Shown: in pieces, positions 1 to 11,010 of the stretch
How positions within the stretch are numbered: the stretch's first letter is position 1
Layout of the letters: every line of letters starts with the position of its first letter
NCBI GenBank assembly: GCA_028534125.1
Contig: CM052818.1
Span: 12,960,001-13,024,000 of the forward strand
Origin: Lama glama
Taxonomy: Eukaryota
Length of the DNA stretch: 64,000 bases
Reading direction: 5' to 3'
Program-made: the position numbers and the translations under genes
The notes under the pieces: generated by a model
Told to the model about the DNA's origin: nothing
What the model saw: only the letters and a program-made list of their open reading frames with translations
The model's database searches: none

Positions 1-1220
1 CAAATGTGACAAGCATGTGGTAAGTATAAAAATGTTTTCTAAAGACTATGGAGGGGGATTACCATTTTAAAGTTTCAGAAATCAAACTGATTTTTTAAAT
101 TTTAATTTGTAAGTACTTTTAAAAATAAAAAGTTACAAAAATAACAAAAAATGTGTGTGTGTGCGTGTGTGTGAATGACTGCATTTGCTCAAATATTTAC
201 ATCATTCAGGGCCAGAGTACAATAATAATAACCAAGGAAATTATATTAGTAAAATACTATTACCAAATCTAAAGACTTCTTTTAATTTTGCCAATTAATA
301 ACTAATATCCTTTTCCTCTTCCAAAATGATCCAGGAAGACATGTATTTGTCATATCTTGTTAGTCTACTTTAATCTGAACTAATTCTTGATTCTTTCTTT
401 GTCTTTCATGACCTTGATACATTTAAGGAGTACTGACCAATTATTTTGCAGAACGTCCCTCAATTTGGGTTTGTCTACTATTTTCTCATTATTGAATTTA
501 GTTTACACATATTTTGTACAAGTATCAGGAAAGTGATGTGTGTCCTTCTCAGTGAATCATATTAGGAGACACATGATGTCAATTTATTTATCACTGGTAG
601 CATCTTCCATCATTCTCCACTGTAAAGTAACAACTTTCCCACTGTATCTTATGGGAAAATACTTTGAGATTGTAAATATTCTCTCTCATTACTAATTTTA
701 GCATTAATTGATGATTCTTGCCTGAAAACGTCCTATAGTGGTTTTCTATTTCTATTATTCCTTCTATGCTTATTACTTTGGATTAAATAATAATGAAGAT
801 TTTTATCTTCCATTTATTTATCCATTTATTTATTCAATTATTTATGTATAATAGTAAGTGTCATCAATTCTTATTTTATTGTATGGATTACAATTCAGCC
901 ACTGAGAGTCATCAAGTTGGCTCCGGTGTCTTTTTGATATATCTCAATCACTTTCTGAGCACTTCCTTACTTTCTGGCCCTACACTATGTTCCAGTCTCA
1001 TCACACAATGTCTCTGTTCCAGCCACAGAATCAGTCATTTCTCCAAGGAGCTCATTTCTTTTGTTGGAGATCAATATTTAGAAACCAAGATGTGGTTGAG
1101 AGGTGTGCTCATTTGTGCTTTTGTGCCATTGTTCCTAGAACCTTTCAGGGACAGAGCTAAGAAATATATACCGGGGCATATAGATCATGAGTTCATCTGA
1201 TTCCTCCAATTCTGATCCAC

Positions 1221-1756
1221 TGATAATTGCCCAGCACTCAGAGCTAGGCCACGTTACTCTCCTGTTGAACATAAGCCATCTCACAGAATACCAATATCGG
1301 AAAAGGTTACTCTGAGACCATGACACAGTGAAACAAAACAAGACCACTTCATAATATTTCTCCTAACAGAGACAAAAACAAGGTCCCTGTGCTGCCCACC
1401 AAATACCAAATCTCTCCTAGCTGATAGAAGCGGCTGCTACTTCTTTTCCAATCACAGATTTATCCTCACTCTAGTCTGCCTTCCCTATAAATACAATTAA
1501 TAAGGTACCCAAAGATGGAAAGGGAGGAAAGCCTCCCTTTCTGACAGCATCCAATCTAGAGTGAACCCCCACTTCCTTCAACGTTCACTCAGTTCATCTC
1601 CAACAAATGCCCAAATCCTATGATAGTTCTTTCTAATATTCTCTGAGACACCCTATGGTTCCCTAAAGCGTGTTCTCCCTTACTGCAAGGAAAAAGAAAC
1701 CAAACTTGTCTATTATAGAAATGTTCCTGGTGGTCTTTGGCTGAAGGGCTCTGAGA
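1221..1756 (+). mobile_element. ERV1-class solo LTR (MER90/MER110-like, subfamily tentative)
   Basis: Starts TG and ends ttcctggtggtctttggctgaagggctctgaga, like the recalled LTR terminus. Internal aacaagaccact...gacaaaaacaaggtc motif; interrupts the L1. Confidence 0.65.
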
Positions 1757-2939
1757 GCAACAAGATTTATTCCAGCTCCTTCCTTCTCTCCTTAACTCTT
1801 CTTTCTTGGATAGTGAGAAATCTGGCTTTTATTATGCACAATGTATTTATTTATTTGCTTAACTCTAGAATACACACAAAAGAGCTTCAGAATTGCTTAC
1901 CTATACACTTATGAAAAACAATTCTACGAACTGGAGTTCAATATTTGTATACAGTTCTTTTTATCTTTAGCCGTAAGAGTATATTCGTCAAAATGCTATT
2001 GTTTGAAGTCACTTGGGTTAATTCTTCTCTTTCTCTCCCTCACTGTGGTGATGCTATTTACTGCAATATATATAGGTCCATTTGGTTCTGGGTTTTTTCC
2101 CTTGTTGAGTTCCTTGTATCCAAGTTAATTTTAATCTTTTTTTTTTTTGAGTGTATGATGCACTGATAGGTTTCAAAAGATCAGAAGTGAAGCAAAAGGT
2201 ATGTTCAGAGAAGTGTTAGCGTCATCCCTCTACATTGTTTTAATTGTCCCTTTCTTTCCATGTCACATTCACCTACTTTCTATAAGATCTACATCATTAG
2301 TGTTTGTTTTATGTCTTCAGTGTTTCTTCTTGCTCAAGTGAATAAATACATGTATATATATGTATATTTTCTTATTTCCCTTTCTTACATGAATGATAGC
2401 CTACTAATTTGTATAGATACCAATTTTAACTTAATAATTTATCTTGGAAGGGATATTTGTTCTGCTTTTTTTTTTAATTTGATAGTATATCCTGCAAATT
2501 GCTACATAGCAGTTTTAGAGAGCTGTCTCATTTCTTTTTTTTTTTACAGGTACATTACACTCCATTGTGCCGATGTATCATGGTTCATTTAACCAATTTC
2601 TAATGTTTTCAAAGTTTGCAATTCCAAACAATACTGAATAACTTTGTGCATGGTTATCTTTATATTATTGGAGGTGTATCTTCAAGGAAAAGTCTTATAA
2701 GTGAAATTAATTGAGTCCAAAGGTAAATGAATATATAGTTTTGTTAGATGTTGCCAAATTCCCATCCTGTAGAGTTATATTCATCTGCATTCCCACTAGC
2801 AATATATGAGAGTGTTGGCGGACTCACAGCCTTGCCAACAGAATCTGGTCATATTTTTTAATTTTCACCAATTGGAAAAGGTGATAATTGGTATCACAGT
2901 GTAATTTTAAGTTTTCTAATTATGCCTGAAGCTGGATGT

Positions 2940-3741
2940 CTTTTATGTTTTTCTTTGTTTTGTTCTGCTTTATTGTTTTTCAAACAAGTTTACTGAGGTA
3001 TAACTGAGGTACAAAAAACTGTTCATATTTAATGTATACAATTTGATGAGTTTAGACATTTGCATACACCCATGAAACCATCACCACAATTAAAGTAATA
3101 GTCATATTCATCATCTCCAAAAATTTCCCTGTGTCCCTTTGGGTTTTCTGGTTCTGTTTTGTTCAGTGTTTTACGGTAAGAACACTTAAAAACTTGTTAA
3201 GAGAGTAGATCTTTTACTAAGTGCACATTACAGTATTGTTGACCACAGGTACTATGCTGAATAGCAGATCTCTAGAACTAATTCATCTTACATAAGTGAA
3301 AATTCATACTCTTTGAACAACTGCCCATTTCTCTCTCCCTCAGCCCCTGGTAACCACTGTTTTATTCTCTGCTTCTATGAATTTGACTATTTTAGGTTCC
3401 TCATATAAGTAAATTATGCAGTATTTTTCCTACTGTGACCGATTTATTTCACTTGTCATAATCTCCTCCAGGCTCATTGCTACAACTCAATAGTAATACT
3501 GATGATAATAATAACAATAATAATTGTTATTAAATAAAAATAAACAAAGAACTTGAATAGACATTTCTCCAAAAAAGACATATAAATGAATATATGTATG
3601 TGAAAAGATACTCAATGTTATTAATCATTAGGGAAATGCAGATCGAAACCACAATGAGATCTCATCTCACAGCAGTTAACATGGCTATTATCAAAACAAT
3701 AAAAGGTAAATGTTGGCAAAGGTGTGGAGAAATTGGAAACT
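2940..3741 (-). mobile_element. 5'-inverted L1 (L1MA/MB-type): minus-strand 3' UTR ~2940-3480 plus a plus-strand ORF2 C-terminal piece 3481-3741
   Basis: Decayed poly(T) followed by antisense L1 3' UTR. ORF 3594..3827 begins with L1 ORF2-like LIIREMQIETTMRSHLT...KCWQRCGEIG. Confidence 0.8.
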
Positions 3742-5134
3742 TTTTTTTGTGTTTAAAAGCTATTTTTATTGTGAATTATTTGTTAAACCTTCTTCCTAAT
3801 TTCTATAAGGTTTTCTTCCCCTTCTAATTTCACAAGTTTTATCATGTATTGGGGATACTAACCCTTTATATGTGATATATCTTGAAAATATTTTCTCCAA
3901 ATTTATCAAATGTCTTGGATTTTGCTTATGACTTTTTCATGCTTTTGAAAAACTTTTGTATAGTCAAATTTATCAAGTTTTTTTTCTAATTGCCTCTGAT
4001 TTTACAATTGTTGGACCCCTAGTAGCTACTCTGTTGGACAGAAGTCTGAGTACTTGACAGTTTGACCAAAATTCTGAGATAGAGAAGGAGTGGGTACCCA
4101 AATGGAAATATATTGGGCAGACAACAGCAGCAAATATCGATTACAGAAACATCCCAGACTGAGGAGCTCCAGCTCTTCTCCTCCTTTCCTGACCCACACC
4201 CACTCTGTCCCCTGTGCTGATTCCGTTCTTCACAAGTGAAGATTTCTAAGACCAAGCTCCCATTTGTGCCAAATGGCCGCACAGTACGTACACAGCTGTG
4301 CAAAGAAATCCATCAGTCCCTAGAGCGAAACTTCAGTGGGGAACAAAACCAACCCAGAATTTATGTTGATGCTTTTATTACCTGAAGTGTTACAAAAACA
4401 GCCAGTGAAATCAGCACTTTGATTCTTTCTCACTGCCCATGAACTGAAAATGCTCTCAATTCTGAATTAACCAGGCCCCATTTTCATGTCCTTTGCATAC
4501 TTTCATGATCTTAAAAATTGCCTTCAGAAGAGAAAATAGCACATCAATCTGATATCTGAAAGTCAAAAGAGATACCGAACAGTGAAATAGTGTATGTGTG
4601 TGAATACCCTGACCTTTCAACATTTAGACTTATTGGCATTTATCTTCTCTTTTCATCTCTAGATAATAAGGCCATAAACAAACAAACAAAAGATGAAGGA
4701 TGAGTGTGTAATAAAGCAAGGCAGATAAGAAGATATTTAATAGAAAATTCAAAGTTTATAATCAACAATATTCCCATTATAGTAAACGGAAAGTAGAAGT
4801 AGATTGGTTATATTCTTGCATCTTTTTAAACCTCATAAAAAGAAAAAATAGGTTGCAGCATGAATTTTTTAGTACAAAATTTGGATAGGATGATATTTTT
4901 CTTTTGTTCATACAGTTTTTCCATTTTGCCATAACTTAAATTCAAAATTATTCATGAAAGCTCAATATTCTTTATTTAATCTAATGGAATTTTACATCAT
5001 TTTTATTCTTTTTTTTTTTTTTTACTGTTAATACCAACCAGCATGTCTCCACTTCACATTCAAAAAGGAAAAAATGAGTTCATGAATAAAAATGAATTAA
5101 GTGAATACAACTTTTCAAAAGAAAGGACAACCAA

Positions 5135-5365
5135 CAATTATTAAGTACCTGGTCCATGCCTGACATGTATGTGTATGTTTAGGTTTGTGTGTGTTGTATA
5201 ACTCTTCCAATAATCCCATGAGGTAAATAAGTTTATCTCTATTGTACAGATTACAATACTGATGTATGTGCAAGAATAATAACTAGCTTCCTCAAAGTCC
5301 AACAGCAAATAAGCAGCAAAACTAAGACTATAACTCAATTTCTCTGATTCCAAAGTGATGTGTCT
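5135..5365 (-). mobile_element. MIR SINE (degraded)
   Basis: Antisense MIR core and tail: caataatcccatgaggta...attgtacagat...ctctgattccaaag. Confidence 0.6.
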
Positions 5366-5539
5366 AATTCGAAAGCCTGGAGAGTTTCTTTTCAACTTAC
5401 ATTTATATTTTGTCTTATAGATAAATAAATGATAGTGTGAGCCAGTATATTTACATACAGCAAGTACTATTTTAAGGGAAGATAATGTAATCCCATATTC
5501 ATTACTAACTACCAACAGCCAAATTACACCAGTTCCCAA

Positions 5540-5973
5540 CTGTATTACACAGTTACAGGTCCTTCACGCCCCTCCCACCCCCCTGATTTCTACATGGCTT
5601 TAGTGGACAGTTTCATGCACAGTGCCTGAGTCCTACCTCAAACACAAACTGCAGCATCTCAAATTTTTCCGGTTCAGGGAGAAGCTGAGAACACAGCTGT
5701 AAACTGTGCATAAGCATAGCACAGAATTATGGGAAGTTAATTTTCCCAAGGTCAACTCTCAACTAAGGTTAGTGGGAGTCAAGGATATCAGACTGACCCT
5801 AGATAAAGGAAACCCCTTTGCCCATGGAGGTAACTAACCGTTTTTAGCTTTTCTCCCTTTTCTGCTTCATTGTCCTCACCCTCTCATTTCTGCTTCCCAC
5901 GATCTTCTCCCAAGCCACTTGCATCCAAATCCTTATTTCAGGATGTGCTTTAAAAGAAACTCAAACTAAGACA
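5540..5973 (+). mobile_element. ERVL solo LTR (LTR33-like)
   Basis: The 3' terminus cacttgcatccaaatccttatttcagg...aaactcaaactaagaca matches the recalled LTR33/LTR16-group end. The 5' boundary is approximate. Confidence 0.6.
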
Positions 5974-6136
5974 TAAATGATGCTATTTTTCTATAAAAAA
6001 AAAATCAAATCAGACAACACGTAAGTCCCTTATGTAGCAATCTTAAAACTTTGTGAGTCAATAAGATATATGCTTCTTTTCCTCATGTGACAAACCTAGG
6101 GAAGGTGGGCCATGCAAAAGCAAACCTGGACACTTT

Positions 6137-7372
6137 ACATTGTCTGGGTAATAATATTTTTGATTTGACACCAAAAGCAAAGGCAACAAAAGCAAAAATA
6201 AACTAGTGTGACTACATCAAACTAAAAAGCATCTGCATAGCCAAGGACACTATGAACAAAATGAAAAGGAAACCTACTAATGGGAGCAAATACCTGCTGG
6301 TAAGCGGTTAATATCCAAAATATATAAAGAACTCATACAACTCAATAGCAAAAGGCAAACAATCTGATTTTAAAATGAGCAGAGGAGCTGAATAGACATT
6401 TTTCCAAAGAAGACATACAGATGGCCAACAGGTACATGAAAAGAGGCTCAACATCACTAATCATCAAGGAAATGCAAATAAAAGCAATGAGCTATCACCT
6501 CACATCTTTTAGAATGGCTATTATCAAAAGACAAGAGATAACAAGTATTGAAGACATGCAGAGGAAAGAGAAACTTTCTGCACTACTGGTGGGAATATAA
6601 ATTGGTACAGCCACTGTGGAAAACAGTATAGCTGTTCCTCAAAAAATTTAAAATAGAGAACTACCATACGATCCAGCAGTTCAACTTCTGGATGTACATC
6701 CAAGGGAAATAAAATCACTGTCTTGAAAAGGTATTCCCCACCATGTTCATTGCAGCATTGTTCACAACAGCCAAGACATGGAAACAACTGAAGTGTCCAT
6801 CAATGGATGAATGGATAAAGAAAATGTGATATATACATATATACAATGGAGTATTTTTCAGACACAAAAGAGAAGGAAATTCTGCCATTTGTGACAATAT
6901 CAATCGGCCTTATGCATAAAGGAAAGCATTATGGTAAGTGAAATAAATCACAGAAAAAGACAAATACTCATCTAGTCTAATTACTTGAAATACCATCTCA
7001 CTTACTGTAAAATCTAAAAAAAAAAAAACTCATAGAGGTAGGTGGTGGCAGGTGAACAATATGGGTGAAGGTGCTTAAAAGGTACCATCTAGTTATGAGA
7101 GAATAGTAAGTTCCAGGGGTAAAATGTACAGCATGATGACTATAATTAACAATATTATACTGTACATTTGAAAGTTGCTAAAAGAGTAGATCTTAAAAGT
7201 TCTCAGCTCAAAAAGAAAAATTTGTAACCACATGAGATGATGGATGTGAACTGAACTTATTGTGGTAATCACTTTGCAATATATACATTCACCAAATGGT
7301 TGTATTACACACCTAAAACTAATACAGTATTATATAGCAATTATATCTCAATAAAACTGAAGGGAAAAAAAG
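6137..7372 (+). mobile_element. 5'-truncated L1 (L1MA9-like): ORF2 C-terminus, 3' UTR and A tail
   Basis: Clear L1 sequence (gactacatcaaactaaaaagc, aatagacatttttccaaagaagacatacagatggccaacagg, gatgaatggataaagaaaatgtg) ending tatctcaataaaactgaagggaaaaaaa. Confidence 0.92.
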
Positions 7373-7589
7373 TAAAAACTCTCTCTCAATAAGCATGACA
7401 AGTTGGGGTAGAACTGAACCTGGTCATAATTGGAGGCAGTTGTTGTCAATAGAGTCTACATGTTTACATGGATCCTTGAGACCTGAATCAATGTCTGGAA
7501 TGCACCAGAATAGACATCTTTGATGAGAAAACACCAGCTGGTAATAACCATCATCATATATACAGCCAGCTAGATCCCACCCAAAGGAG

Positions 7590-7740
7590 GATCTGCACAC
7601 TTTCTGGCCTCAAATCCCAACTCTTCCAAAACTAGTTGTATGACAGAAAACATGTGCTTTCACTCTCTGAGCCTCAGTGTTCTCATCTAAATAATACTGA
7701 AAACAATTAAAGCCTCCTAATTTTTTCATGAGAATGAAAC
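7590..7740 (+). mobile_element. MIR SINE
   Basis: Core ctctctgagcctcagtgttctcatct. Confidence 0.65.
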
Positions 7741-7929
7741 AACACACTTTCATCAGACCATTTTGATTTACCTTATACTCTGTTGTTCACTCCTTTTCAA
7801 ATCTTTAGTGCTTCCAACTCCAGTCTAATCCCTTAATATTTGATTGCCCCATAGTTGTCTTTTCTATTCTTCTCTTATTACTCCTTTGACGATTTCATCC
7901 AGCCTAATTACTTGAAATACCATCTAGAT

Positions 7930-8076
7930 CATCTCTGTACATTATAACATTCTTCTCTAGTGGAAATATTCTATGTGTGCACTATCTAACATAGTAACTA
8001 TTAACCACATGAGTCTGCGGAGCACTTTAAATGTACTAGTACATGTGGGGAATGGCTATGGTATTGGACAATACCG
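7930..8076 (+). mobile_element. MER3-like hAT-Charlie MITE (internally deleted)
   Basis: tggaaatattctat...aaccacatg...agcactttaaatgtactagt...tggctatggtattggaca. Degenerate 8-bp TSD atctagat (7922-7929) / atctacac (8077-8084). Confidence 0.75.
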
Positions 8077-8894
8077 ATCTACACAATGACTCCCAATTTA
8101 TTACTCCAGATCATAGATCTGCCTACTTGTGATTTCCAATTGGAGATATCAATTAGGACATTTCAAATTCTGCATGTCCAAAACCGAACTGATCTCCCCT
8201 GACACCATCTGAGGTGATACAAGCCCACCTTACCAACAGTCCAAGACACAAAACTTGAAGTCATCTCTTACTCTTCCTGATCTCTCATACCCCAAATTGT
8301 ACCCAGGCTCTGACCAATTTGCACCAGCTTCTCTGATATCACCAGGGTTAGAGTCACCATCATTTTTCCAAGAAAACTACTATGATCATCCCCAATTGGT
8401 CTCCTCCCTTCAATCCCTCGCCCTGCCTGAAGCTATTCTTAACTAGGTATCCAAGGTATCCTGTTAAAATATGTCAGACCGTGTCACTCCTTCATTCAAC
8501 ACTATGCAGTGACTCCCAGTATCAGAGTAAAAGCCAAATTATTTACAATGACTTTCAATTCCTGCATGGTCTCTGATCTTCTATTACAAACCAACACACT
8601 CACTATGCTCCAGTCCCGCTGTCTTCTGTTGCTTCTTGAACATAACAGGACACACCAACACCTTCTTAGCACCTTTCTTACAGTTGCTCCATCAGCCTGA
8701 AATGATCCTAAGCCAGATATTCATTTGAATAATGCCTTCAACTCTTATCCTTCTAGGTTTTGTTTAAAATTCACATTTTTAATGAAACCCAACTAACCAT
8801 CCTATTTAATACAGCAAATTATCCTCTCCCTTTTGACAATCCTTACCATGCTCTATTTTTTTTCTCTCTCTTTTAAACTGGTGCTTATCACTTA

Positions 8895-9361
8895 ACACCA
8901 GTCAAAGCTGATAGAAAACAAATGGTATGCTCAAATGGGGGGAAGGGAGTGAAGGAGCTATTGGGCAAATAAAAGGGAAATTAACTATGAATGTTGAAAT
9001 ACATCAAGCTAGAAACAACAAGACTCTAGTGCCACTCTTGGCTAAAACGGTGAGGAAGGAAGAGGTAGTTTGTTGGAATCTTGAGAAACCTGTAGGAGAG
9101 AGCATCTTACAGGAGCTAAGCCTGTTGCTAGATAAGCCCAGCCGTTAGCAACATTTAGACCAGTGGGCCAAAAGAACAGCTCTCATTCTCCTCTCAGGCT
9201 CTGATTTCCTTTTGTTGCCTCTCCTTGGTTGAACTTAATTGGAGGTCTGAAGGCAAAAGAGCCCATTGATTCATCTGTAAAATTCAGACTTCCAGAGCTC
9301 TGAGCAGGAAGAGGAAAAGATGTAATAAACCTAGAGAAGCAAACTGAGAATATCAATCACA
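8895..9361 (-). mobile_element. ERVL solo LTR (LTR41-like)
   Basis: The reverse complement starts tgtgattgatattctcagtttgcttctc, like the recalled LTR41 5' end. It sits inside L2, which resumes at ~9362. Confidence 0.6.
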
Positions 9362-9619
9362 TGGACTTCTAATGTACTATATACTTATGTGCCACTGTTA
9401 TTTTTTTTTTTTGCCTGTTTATCATCTGTATTTGTGTCCAAAATGTAAACTACACAAGGGCATGAATCTTTGCTTTGTCCGCTAGTAGATCCCAAGGCCA
9501 TAGAACAGTGTTGGGCTCACAGAAGGTGCTCAAGAAAATTTTTTGGATGATTGAACGTATGAAAATATCTAGAAATTTCCTGAAATATGGTAAAAGCTTA
9601 AAATGTGAGTTTTCTTCCT

Positions 9620-10615
9620 TCCCTCGTTGTCTAAAACCTCAGCCTCCAAACAGCCCTGCCTAATATTGACAGTCGGTTATGAAACCATATAAATTTTACC
9701 TCTGTAATAACTCTTACATCCATCTCCTCTTTTCTATTCCCATGGCTCCTCCCATTATTCCAGACCCTCAAGACATCATCCTTGTGTCATAATAGCTTCC
9801 TAGCCGGACTCCCTACCTCGAGCCTTTCAATCCCTCTTAATTAACCTGTCTAGACTTCAGTGCAAAAGAAAAAAAAATAAAAAAGGAAAATCATCACCAT
9901 TCAACTGTTTTAAAATTGTTGAATTCATGATATAACTGAAAATTTTAAAATACAAAAAGGTACTAGGAAGAATAAATGACCACTGACTTAAAAATCTTTA
10001 GTTCTTTCCCAAGTCTGCAAACACATAAAACTCGATGTGCCCAAAGCTCCTTTCACTTCCTATCTGAAGTATCAACATTAATATAGGTTTCTTTACCTCC
10101 AACAATTTGTCATTCTCAAATATATCCTCCTTAAGGCTGACAAAAAGATCTTTCTAACATAGAAATCATGTTGTATCTCTTCTCTACTTACAGTCACCAC
10201 TGTGAGGAACACCATCACTGCCTGCATGACAGTATCCAGTTCCTAAGCTGGGCACACAAGGCTCTCCATCCTCCCTGTCCCACCTTAACCCTGGAGCTGA
10301 GCCTCGTTCCTAACAACTGAAGTTCCCAGAACTTACTAGACTTCCATGCCCTTACACAAATACTCTTCCTTGTGTCTGGAATTCCCTCTGCTTTCACACA
10401 CCTAGCTAAAATCAACACATTTTCAAGACTTGGTAACAGCATCACTTCTTTTATACATTGCGAAAAAATATTCTGACCCAACAGGAATACCCCATTGTCA
10501 TTCTCTCATTGTTTGCAGCTGCTATAGCAACTGTTACCCAACTTGTTTTGTTTCAAGTCTATCACCACTAAAATGTAAATCTTTTTAGGCAAGAGAGCAT
10601 CTCTATGTTGTGCTG
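9620..10615 (+). mobile_element. L2 fragments
   Basis: aatagcttcctagccggactccct, gatctttctaa...atcatgtt, gtctggaattccctct. Confidence 0.55.
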
Positions 10616-10639
10616 CTTTTAAAAGAAGGAAAAAGTTAC

Positions 10640-11010
10640 CTGTGTTAAATTATTCATTTCAGTGATTTTAATCATAGAAGAACTTGGAAACTCTCGAAAT
10701 AAGTATCAAACAATAGAGAAAGTCTTAAAATATAACATATCTACTGAAAGAATATAACCACTACTATGATGACTTATGATAATCATTCAACATGGAAAAT
10801 ATACATAATATTGGCACAAGATGAAAGACATAATTCTGTCTATACCTTGATTAATACTATGTAGTATTTGTATAAGCACAGAATCTATAAAAAAAAATTG
10901 AAAAATTAAGATATTTTCTATAACTGAGTGGTAATATTTCCTTCTTTGTTTTTTATGTCTGGTTTGTTATTTTGTGCTATTTGCATGATAAATAAAATAA
11001 AAAGAAGAAA
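10640..11010 (+). mobile_element. Very old L1 (L1ME-like) 3' fragment
   Basis: A-rich decayed L1 3'-end pattern ending in an A tract. Confidence 0.4.

Larger units (their letters stand above)
100..4000 (-). mobile_element. Old L1 3' region (L1MC4/5-like), split by an LTR (1221-1756) and a younger L1 (~2940-3741)
   Basis: Recalled L1MC 3'-end motifs in antisense (e.g. aatttgggtttgtct, agaatcagtcatttctccaaggagc, tttagaaaccaagat, cattcccactagcaatatatgagagtg). The host sequence resumes after each insert. Confidence 0.75.
7830..9562 (+). mobile_element. L2 LINE 3' region, interrupted by MER3 (7930-8076) and an LTR41-like LTR (~8895-9361)
   Basis: L2 motifs aaataccatcta...tgactcccaa, catgtccaaaaccgaact and agagtaaaagccaaa, with 3' end tagaacagtg...gtgctcaagaaaatt...gatgattgaa. 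Confidence 0.8.

Noticed and set aside
6001..6020. aaaatcaaatcagacaacac nearly repeated at 59435-59455
   Set aside because: It is short, A-rich, has one indel, lies 53 kb away and has no flanking homology. Likely chance.
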